64,000 nucleotides of DNA from Haplodiscus bocki. Taxonomy: Eukaryota. The notes below the pieces were generated by a model. That model was not told the DNA's origin. It saw only the letters and a list, made by a program, of their open reading frames with translations, and searched no databases. The stretch lies in NCBI GenBank assembly GCA_965655095.1, contig OZ296649.1, forward strand, positions 128,960,001-129,024,000, in the 5' to 3' direction. The translations under genes and the position numbers were made by a program. Positions 43,498 through 51,516 of this stretch are shown here, piece by piece. Position 1 is the stretch's first letter. Every line of letters begins with the position of its first letter.

Positions 43498-43682
43498 TTT
43501 TTGCGGCGAAGTCATGATTCGACTTTGAATATTTTCGCTGAAAGCGATTTTGCGGCTAAGTCAGAGTTTGACTTAGAATATTTTCGCTAATGAGCGTTTT
43601 GCGGCTAAGTCATAATTTGACTTAGAGTATTTTCGCTGAAAGCGAATTTGCGGCCAAGTCAGAATTTGACTTAGAATAATTT
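43498..43682. repeat. ~49-bp palindromic tandem repeat (~4 copies) in LTR (copy at ~62151-62335)
   Basis: Unit tttgcggctaagtcagaatttgacttagaatattttcgctgaaagcga, with internal inverted repeats ctaagtca/tgacttag and tcgct/agcga. Confidence 0.85.
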
Positions 43683-44426
43683 CGAAGATCAAGAAAGGCG
43701 AGAGAAGAGGAAGTTCAAAGTTTTTAAGAGTAGAGGCGAAGAGGAAAGAACAGAGCAAGTTGTTGACGGTAAGCGAGTGAGTGGATAAATGATCTCTTCG
43801 GTCGTGCCAAATGACTCTAAAATGGCATCATGCTGTTTTTTCATGCCACCAATAGGAAAACAGGGCATGATCGGCATGTCATACCTACTAGCCAATAGGC
43901 TGATAGTAGGATTTGGGCAAATTTGAAAATTTAATTTTTCTTCAATTTCGTCATCAATTTGTGCAATTCCACCCGAGTAATCTCATATCTCGCCCCTGTC
44001 GCCATAATAGCGGCAAATATTTAACCATAAACATAATCATCAGCTTTGTCGCCTCATAATCTGGTTTTCTGAGTTTTATCGTCTTGTATTTCCTGGGTCA
44101 CCAGGGTCTTTTATTTATTCGTAAATATCTGTGGCAACACCTCCGAAATTCCTGCTGGGTAAGTCAACTTTATTTCCTTCGTAATCTTAATTAGCTCGTA
44201 TTTCCTGTATAATTAACAAATATACAAACTGCACTGATAAATTTTGGTGTTTATCTGAAATCTGATAAATCTTGGGCTCGCCATTTTGGGCAAAAATCTC
44301 TCGAGGTTAGTTTCAACTTTTCTTTATTATAAAATCATAAAACTGCAATTTTTCATTAGGTTTAAGCGGTAGTCATAACGCGATAACTCACCCTGGTTAA
44401 AAGAGATGAAAAATGATTGGGGGGTT

Positions 44427-45749
44427 CTAGGGAAAGGGAGGAAATGGAAGGTTTTGCGCGGATGATTTCTGCACTTTTGGGTCAGAAAACGAGACTTCAA
44501 TATAACATGTATCATTTACAACATATCCATCAGTTTCGCTGAAAAGTTTAGAATGTGGGATGTATTTGTAGAAAGCAACAGCGAATGCATCATTCTTGAG
44601 AGAAGATGTTGGTCGTTTGAAGGGGGGTTCCTGCGAGGGTTGAATCGTTTGTGTCCAAGCATTAAGCGGGTCAAGCTGGTCACGGAGGCTGGAATGAATA
44701 GCCTTAGGAAATGGCCATCGCAAAAGACCGTCGTATTCTCCAGGAAAAAAGGCAAAGATGATGGTGGCAAATTTTCCTGCTGTCGCGTCAATCCCATAAG
44801 TGTGAAATCGGATAATGAAATTGTACCCATAGGGATGAGTTCGGAAAACAGGGCTCCAGTAACCGGTAGTCTTATCATCGAGAGGTTTAGATTGGCGATG
44901 TGCTTATTTTGCTGAATCGAAGATGAATCGTACCGATGGTATCCGCCATAGGATTGTATTGTTAGAGCCAGCTTCCAGTTGACGAATCTTGTCATACAGG
45001 AAGGAGTAGTTACTTTGTATGCTTGAAAGCATTGACTTCTGGCGTGAGAGATCATATTTTGTTTGCTTTTCCAGTGCGTTGAGTTTGGAAATGATGTCTG
45101 AGGATACTGCTGAATGAGGCATCTGAAGATCGGATGAGAATTGACAAGGAGTGAGAGAAGAAAGCAAATCAGATGATTTAGGAACATCAGAGTCGCCCAT
45201 TAGAATGATTTTGGAAGTGGATGCTAGTGAGAGCTCATGGGTCTCGGGCAGCGAGGGGTTCGTCACCGTACCTTCACTCGGTGGGTCAAGGGAAAATTGT
45301 TTTGGAGGATTTCCAGATTTCTGATTCATAAGTATGTTTTGGGTGAAGATGAGATCCTTCTGGAGTTGGAAGACTAGTAGCTGGAGGGTCTGGCGTTCGA
45401 GTCTTTCGGACTCTAGATCCTGATGAAGTTTTGCAACTGTCAGTTGTACCGAATGGAGATACTGTGCCTGTTTCAGGTGGGCTAATGGGAACTTCTGTAA
45501 TAAGGGGGTCGTTTGCTGGATAGAGGATTCGGAGTAAGCCTGGAGTTGGCTCAGCTGAGTACTTAACGATTGAATCTGTTCTTCAATCGGTTGAGGATGA
45601 GGGTTAGAAGTAAGTACCTTAGCAGCTTTTGTGGGAGAATCAGAAGGTCCGGATGAATCCATCTCCACAAGAGGGTGTTTTCGACTAAGAGAATAAGGTT
45701 TAGGGCGTTGCTGAGGACGAAAAGTTGGCGCAAACGGGTTCAGAGTCAT
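44427..45749 (-). pseudogene. PAM2 motif + coiled-coil + TRAF-C (MATH) domain protein, ~440 codons, one in-frame TAA at 44904-44906
   Basis: Reading through the stop gives ILWRIPS...SAK*AHRQ...YWSPVFRTHPYGYNFIIRF...PGEYDGLLRWPF...RDQ...FKRP...YVVNDTCYIEV, the canonical TRAF-C motifs. N-terminus MTLNPFAPTFRP. Confidence 0.85.
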
Positions 45750-46372
45750 CAAGGCAGGTGAGCTGTGATTGCTTTCGGGGGTACAACAATTCGTTGAGAT
45801 GGGAAAGAGTTGTTCTTAATCGTAAATTCTTGTCGGGTACCATCCCAATATATGATTTCCCATGAAGAGAATTCTGGTTTGAGTTTGTAGGGTAAATGAC
45901 GGTTAAATCGAGGCTTTTTAACAATTCTGGCCCGAGAGGCGAAATATTCGCGTCTATGTTGTTTGTAGAGAGCCACGGATTTGGCGTTATTCTGAGGGTT
46001 AGGGTGTCTAGGTCGTGATGCAACTGAGCGGATGTTTTCTCTCGAGATACCAGTGGGTCGAAGGGTTTCTCCTTCGGATTCGGTGTATACGGCAGAAGAA
46101 GGAGTTGCGTTATTGATGAGTACGTTAGTAGTTGGAGAAACCGGTGGCGAATTAACTATTGATCTCGTTTGAGGATTAGATTGCTCGTTGTGTAGAATAG
46201 GGTCCACAGTGGTTGAAGAAGGAGATGAAACAGGAGAGAGAAATGAGAAAACAGGAGTCGCACACTGATCCAGGCAAGTTGGGGTGAATGGCTCCAATTC
46301 TAGGTCTGGGTCTCCGAGAATAGATAGGATTTCGTTGCTGTCCAATAAAGGGAGAGGTTGAGAAGTGATTGG
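45749..46372 (-). CDS. Ser/Pro/Thr-rich, basic accessory ORF (~207 codons), probably entered by splicing
   Basis: The frame is open from the AG acceptor at 46373, with no ATG start. Basic segment RARIVKKPRFNR. Its TGA overlaps the next ATG (TGATG). Confidence 0.5.
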   Translation of the reverse strand, partial: PITSQPLPLLDSNEILSILGDPDLELEPFTPTCLDQCATPVFSFLSPVSSPSSTTVDPILHNEQSNPQTRSIVNSPPVSPTTNVLINNATPSSAVYTESEGETLRPTGISRENIRSVASRPRHPNPQNNAKSVALYKQHRREYFASRARIVKKPRFNRHLPYKLKPEFSSWEIIYWDGTRQEFTIKNNSFPSQRIVVPPKAITAHLP

Positions 46373-46400
46373 CTAAAAAATAAAAAGTGTTATTAAAATT

Positions 46401-48566
46401 TTAAACGGGTGATACAGGAAGGGTAGAAAAACCCAATGCAGCGGAGTTAACCACTGGGTAAAGATGCTCTTCCTTCTTCTTAGCCTCCTCTCGCATCTCA
46501 TAGAGCTCTTTATCTACTCTAGGATCGGCGTTCTTAGATGCGCTAGATGCAAAACGATTTGCTTGTGGGTTATACATTGAAGTCATAACCGATGTCAAGA
46601 AAAAATTGTATGAAGCGCTCAGGAGGGTCTTACCAAACCCTAGTGAAGCACCGGTCATTCTGTTGATTTCCATGTGCCTTATTATCATAACAACCAGATC
46701 GATTATAAGCTTTAGGAATAGAAAGACTGAGAAATAGATTCCACAGTGTTCGAGAATATAAGCAACTGGTCCAAAGGTATCCATAAAACGATCCTTGAAA
46801 TATTCTGGGGATATCATCTTGTCAACATAGAACTCTGTTCTTGGAGTGTAAGAGTGGAATCCGTCAGGACCTTCGTGAGCATTGGAGTAGATAATTAGGT
46901 TCTGCGAAAACTTCTTTAAACCTGTTCTGGAAGCGGCGTTAATCAGGATGTTATCCCAGAATCCACGAAGTTCGCTTCTAGTGTACATGCCTGCATCTTG
47001 TGATCCAGTGAGGGATTGTGCAGTCATCGGTGTAACTTGTTTAGGTCCAAAGACAGCAGGTTTATCTTGATGTACTATTCCAGGCGTGAGTGTATACCAA
47101 GAATCCTCTTGATCCATGTCAAGTTGAAAGAGATTCTTGATTCTATCGGAACAATTCTGTGTAACGGCATCAGGATAAGTTTGTCTCGTAATTGGATCAA
47201 CAAATCGAATTTCACCTTCATACAGGATGGGTATTCTATCATAGCACTGATTCATCGTATGAAGTGGTGATTGAACCATTGGACAGTGGTAAAGCCAAGC
47301 AAGACTGCCATCTGTTTCCAAGAACATTGATCTATTTCCTGTGAGCATGTAGCCTGCTAACCGGGGATTTTCAAGAGCTAACATTAGGTTAGTGAGGATT
47401 TGGGTACGTTCTTGTTCACACTGGTTTTGTAGTAGCTGTATTTCGGTCGCTTGAAGGAGTCTTGAACTTTGGAAGAACAGATAGTCTATCTTCGTTCCAA
47501 GGTGCATCTCATAATCCATATTCAAATAACTGTCAGGTTTATCTTCTTGTTTGAACTGTGCTCCTTCCAGCTGAGGGTTATGCACGTAAAGTTGACCAAA
47601 ATCGTTTTTCTCTCGGGGTCCTAAATACTGAAGTATTTTAGTCGCACCGTTCTTCTCACGGCCAAGATTTCTTCCAGTATCCATATCGAAAGCTTCACTG
47701 AGTCGAGCCATATAGAGCGAGTCGTAGTTTGTTGGATAAATTGGCGTGGGTTTTCCGCAATGCTTTTGTGGGTTGTTCTTTACTTCAAACACAAACTTGG
47801 ACGTAGAGTCTTTTCCACTAAGGACATAGTTTTTTCTGTCTTGCTTAACCATGTTGACATCTTCTGTTCGAAGAATGGATAGTACACAATTGTCCGGGTA
47901 ATCCCAAATATAGGCATATGGGTCGAGTGAAGTTGTTTCGCAGCCAAGTTCTTCTAGAGCACAAGGTAGGATCAGTCCCATGTCGGATAACACTTTTCCG
48001 TTTTCTATCGTGACTTTTAAAGTTGTTTTTTTTTGCATGTGGATAATAAAGGTATCCCGAGAAATCCAACCTCTCGTTTTGCAATGATTTCTGTTTGATC
48101 CCGTTGGATCACCAGAAACTTTAACCACAGGAGTCTTGGTATCCCATTCGGCGCCAATCCAATGGCCTTGTAAGTTGATACTAGCTCCTTTTGCAAGTGT
48201 TCGGCAGTGTTCTGGTGAGATAATCAAATCACTTGTTATTCCGGCAATAGTGTGGTCAATACTGCTGTGGTCGTTATGTCCACAGTGCCACTTCTCGCGT
48301 TGATGTTGAATGCGGCATTTGGTTGCGTTTAACTCTTTTCGAAAATGTTTGGTGTAAAGTGTAATTGTGGCTTTGCTGACTTCTAATTCTTCAGGCGTGA
48401 TGTGACACGGCCGTACTTGATTTATGGCATAGAGTGAATTTTCTGTCATCGAGCTGCAGTCAAAGTGAGACACTTTAAGAGCTGGGGCAACCTGATCTGC
48501 GTCTGGAACTAAATGAAACGTCACCTCGGTATAAACCACGAGGATTTGAAAGAAGAATAGCTTCAT
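46401..48566 (-). CDS. env: Envelope glycoprotein (~721 aa), chuvirus-G/herpes-gB-like class III fusogen
   Basis: N-terminal signal peptide, HFDC...PC...KCRI...WHCG Cys pattern, N-glycosylation sequons, helical core (LLQNQCEQER) and a C-terminal TM segment (IYFSVFLFLKLIIDLVVMII). Located after pol. Confidence 0.85.
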   Translation of the reverse strand: MKLFFFQILVVYTEVTFHLVPDADQVAPALKVSHFDCSSMTENSLYAINQVRPCHITPEELEVSKATITLYTKHFRKELNATKCRIQHQREKWHCGHNDHSSIDHTIAGITSDLIISPEHCRTLAKGASINLQGHWIGAEWDTKTPVVKVSGDPTGSNRNHCKTRGWISRDTFIIHMQKKTTLKVTIENGKVLSDMGLILPCALEELGCETTSLDPYAYIWDYPDNCVLSILRTEDVNMVKQDRKNYVLSGKDSTSKFVFEVKNNPQKHCGKPTPIYPTNYDSLYMARLSEAFDMDTGRNLGREKNGATKILQYLGPREKNDFGQLYVHNPQLEGAQFKQEDKPDSYLNMDYEMHLGTKIDYLFFQSSRLLQATEIQLLQNQCEQERTQILTNLMLALENPRLAGYMLTGNRSMFLETDGSLAWLYHCPMVQSPLHTMNQCYDRIPILYEGEIRFVDPITRQTYPDAVTQNCSDRIKNLFQLDMDQEDSWYTLTPGIVHQDKPAVFGPKQVTPMTAQSLTGSQDAGMYTRSELRGFWDNILINAASRTGLKKFSQNLIIYSNAHEGPDGFHSYTPRTEFYVDKMISPEYFKDRFMDTFGPVAYILEHCGIYFSVFLFLKLIIDLVVMIIRHMEINRMTGASLGFGKTLLSASYNFFLTSVMTSMYNPQANRFASSASKNADPRVDKELYEMREEAKKKEEHLYPVVNSAALGFSTLPVSPV

Positions 48567-48760
48567 CACTGTTTAGCCAGTGGAGGTTTCTCTCTATTTT
48601 TTTCAGAGGAATAGCTATTAATTTACAACTACTAAAAAGGAAAAAGGAAGCCGTATTATATTTTACCGGCTACTTCGTAGGCACTAACACGAAGCGGTAG
48701 CACTATATTTAAAGAGTCGCTACACTACTCTATTAAAACGACGTCGAAATTTTTATAAAG

Positions 48761-48889
48761 GGCGCTGGACTAGAACCAGTATCGCCAGAAGGGGACACTG
48801 GACTGCAACCAGCTCGTCAAAAGGAGACGTTGGACTAAGACCAATTCACCAGAATTGGACGCTGGACTAAAACCAGTTGGTCAAAAAGG
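48761..48889. repeat. Four ~32-bp imperfect repeats, each with a small stem-loop
   Basis: ctgg-actagaa-ccag, ctgg-actgcaa-ccag, ttgg-actaaga-ccaa, ctgg-actaaaa-ccag. Confidence 0.75.
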
Positions 48890-49059
48890 TGCCAAGTAAA
48901 TTTATCTAACCTCTACCATTTGGGTTGAGTGATTAAAGCAGATCCAAAATGGGCGTCTCCATTAGCCCTATAAATAAATATTGGTGCCCAGAGTTTACTT
49001 TTTTCCTCACTACTTGATCGTTTGACAATTGTTTTCTTCTTTCAGCCCAGAGTATGGGT

Positions 49060-49443
49060 TTAGTTGTCGTATAGATCAACGAGAGCGCGTAGGAGATTGA
49101 TCTGTGACACCTCGTGCAATGCCCCAAGGTTAGTGTCCATAAAATTCAGAAGATCGTCCAAGCTTTGATTTTCTCCTTTGTCCACTTTTTTGGAGATCTT
49201 CAGAGTCACAAAGAGGTTGGCGAACTCGTCTGTTTGGATAGTTATGGGGATTAATATTACAGCGAGTAGATTCTCAATCGCCTGAATTCTGACGTGAAGA
49301 GTGCTTTCGTCAGGAATCCAAAAGATGTTAGTTATTAAATGCTCTCCTTGTAGTGAAATAGGTGTCCACTTACAGCTAAGATTGACCCTTAAGAATTCTT
49401 GATTGTCAGCGGAGCGTCGCAATGAGGTTTCAACCAAATTCAT
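49060..49443 (-). CDS. Accessory ORF C, 127 aa (paralog of leader ORF u6)
   Basis: ATG directly after the ORF B stop. Motif similarity to 58415-58765. Confidence 0.7.
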   Translation of the reverse strand: MNLVETSLRRSADNQEFLRVNLSCKWTPISLQGEHLITNIFWIPDESTLHVRIQAIENLLAVILIPITIQTDEFANLFVTLKISKKVDKGENQSLDDLLNFMDTNLGALHEVSQINLLRALVDLYDN

Positions 49444-49665
49444 TCAAGATTTTCCGTTCTGGCTTTTGATGTGATTCGGAGGAGGGTTCATGAGGATTGC
49501 TTCAATGAAAGGGTAATGAGTTGATCCGGGTGAACAGAGGAAAGTCTTTATTTGATCGTTGTTAGTAGATTGGGTTGTCACCATGAAATCTTTTGTTCCG
49601 GTGATGAATGTTAGGCCCACTATGCATTGAAGTTGATTATCAATTCGTAGCAATATTAGTGTCAT
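49444..49665 (-). CDS. Accessory ORF B, 73 aa
   Basis: Flanked by TAG-ATG and TGA-ATG junctions. Paralog of A. Confidence 0.7.
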   Translation of the reverse strand: MTLILLRIDNQLQCIVGLTFITGTKDFMVTTQSTNNDQIKTFLCSPGSTHYPFIEAILMNPPPNHIKSQNGKS

Positions 49666-49887
49666 CTAAATTATGTTTTCTTTGTTTCCACAAACGATAT
49701 CACTGCGTATGTAGATATCTGCTGACAGCAAACTACGCAAGTGGTAGTAGTTTGGGGAGTCAGAGTAACACTTATATTCTTCCTCTAATCCTGTTTCTGT
49801 TTCCGTATGGATAAGGATAGTCGTTGCGTCAGATTTAATTTCGATTGTTTTCACTTTCTTCAATTGTCCGTCAATTTTCACATACAT
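49666..49887 (-). CDS. Accessory ORF A, 73 aa (paralog of ORF B)
   Basis: Stop TAG is directly followed by the ORF B ATG. Shares IDxQL...CxxxSxxYxx[LI]xx[LI]L with B. Confidence 0.7.
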   Translation of the reverse strand: MYVKIDGQLKKVKTIEIKSDATTILIHTETETGLEEEYKCYSDSPNYYHLRSLLSADIYIRSDIVCGNKENII

Positions 49888-50316
49888 TAGATCATAGCAA
49901 TCTGAGAATCAAATCATCAGAATATTTCATTGCTAGGATGATAGGTTTAGTCGTATGTAATATGTAAAATAAGTATTATTATTTAAAACTAGGTTCTAGG
50001 AATAATTTTATTTAGGTAAAAGGATATAAAATTGTTGCTGCGATGTCTTCTCTTGGAGCTTCTTCTTCTCGTTCTGCTACACTTGTTGTAGCAGGGCCTT
50101 CCGGGGGGAAAGGGTAAAAATAGGAGTCTTGTCGGTAGGGTAGGCGTTGGTTAGGAAGGTTGTGGGGCGGGTGGGCTGAATTCGGCCTGTAAAGGCGAGT
50201 TCACTGGCGGGTTGGTAGGTGTCCCATAAGAAGATTGCAGTGAACAAATGTGCAAAGGAGTCGGGATAAGAGCAGGGGGGTCGTCGTTTCCAAATCTAAT
50301 TCTTTTGTGTTGTAGG

Positions 50317-50957
50317 ATGGATCAACCAGGACCTTCTTCCAGAACTACTATTCCACAGTTAATTGAAAGCCCGGAAAGTCCTACTGGGTCGAATGCTTCT
50401 GGTATTTCCGTCAATAATGATAATGTTCTACGAGTTGGAATAGAAATTCCGTTAGGGATCGGACTAGAATCTTCATCAGAAGATGAGTACGAAGAGCCTT
50501 CCTCGGAGGAAGAAATGTATATAATGTAAATAATGATGATGGTAACGGTCCCGGAAATCAGGCTGCCCAAGTTGACTACGGTTTCGACGAGGATTTTATT
50601 GGGGACGGCCAATTTACTCTTTATTCTCGTCGGGACATATACCTCTTGAAAGGCTGGAGAGCATATGTTTTGGAGCGACGGAGTTGTCGCGGCTTCTTAA
50701 TTCCGGAGCCGCCAATTCCAGAGCGCCTAGTTTTGGTCTTGCGAGCTATGACCGGGGCCAATTGGCAAAAGGCTGTACTTAGTGGCTCTGGGGAGTGCAT
50801 TATCGAAATGTTATCAGCGGCTATCACTGGGTATAGTATAACAACAGCGCGAGAGAGAAGAGAGTTCCTGCGTCTGTTTGGTGTTTGGGCCAACTCAGAG
50901 TTCCGGGCGGGTCTGCGCGACCTAGCGGCTCGGGGTGGCTTCCTGGACCTCGATTAG
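50317..50957 (+). pseudogene. Antisense accessory ORF (~210 aa; acidic N-terminus, helical C-terminus), frameshifted near 50520
   Basis: MDQPGPSSRTT...EDEYEEPSSEEE joins by a frame change to YNVNNDDGNGPGNQAAQVDYGFDEDF...GWRAYVLE...FLDLD*. Preceded by ctaattcttttgtgttgtag|gATG. Confidence 0.5.
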
Positions 50958-51011
50958 AGGTTCAGGAGGTCCTCTTTTGGTGTGGGCGCGGCCCACATTT
51001 TTTTTATTGCT

Positions 51012-51368
51012 TCAGTGCCTGCGCCGCGGCTTGGTAAGTTGATATTGGAATTGCACAAACATCATTTTTGAAATTTCAAGAGAAATAGGTCGAATCGCTG
51101 GGGTAGAAAGCAGAGAAATTGGAGTTGGAATGATAGGAGTCATCACCTGGATCGTCATAGACAATATGGTCGAAAACATGCGAGGAGAAGCGGGTAGGGA
51201 GATAAGAGAGAAATTCATCGAGCAACGGATTATGAGAGTTGTGAGAGTGGTTAAATGGAGATTCTTAAAAGCCGCCCAAGGCTTTGGAGCCGAAGCAAAT
51301 TTGGGTATTTGTTTTGCAACAGGCATCGTAGTCAAGAGCGTTGGTTGAAAGTTTTCGTATTTAAGCAT
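51012..51368 (-). CDS. Hypothetical 118-aa ORF after pol
   Basis: First sizeable sense ORF after a candidate splice acceptor at 51476. ATG sits in a TAATG context. No recognisable domain. Confidence 0.3.
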   Translation of the reverse strand: MLKYENFQPTLLTTMPVAKQIPKFASAPKPWAAFKNLHLTTLTTLIIRCSMNFSLISLPASPRMFSTILSMTIQVMTPIIPTPISLLSTPAIRPISLEISKMMFVQFQYQLTKPRRRH

Positions 51369-51516
51369 TAAGTTCTAGAATAAGGGTGATGAGGAGGTAG
51401 GTATAATACTATTAAGGAAAATAAGAATCAGCGTTGAGTTTTAAAAGGATGCGGATGAATTGTTTGAATAAAGAGCTGGAAAATGAAAAACAAAATTGTT
51501 AGACGATGACTAAGCT

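Larger units (their letters stand above)
40963..44385 (-). repeat. 3' LTR (3423 bp)
   Basis: Direct repeat of 59616-63038. ORF-track entries recur at +18653 (e.g. 41087/59740, 43689/62342). Confidence 0.95.

Noticed and set aside
44386-44400. Polypurine tract
   Set aside because: Only a weak AGGGTGAGT precedes the 3' LTR on the minus strand. The position is plausible but it is too short to call.
44516-45187. 223-aa ORF and other shadow ORFs overlapping TRAF, gag, pol and env
   Set aside because: Alternative frames of well-supported coding regions, with no motifs of their own.
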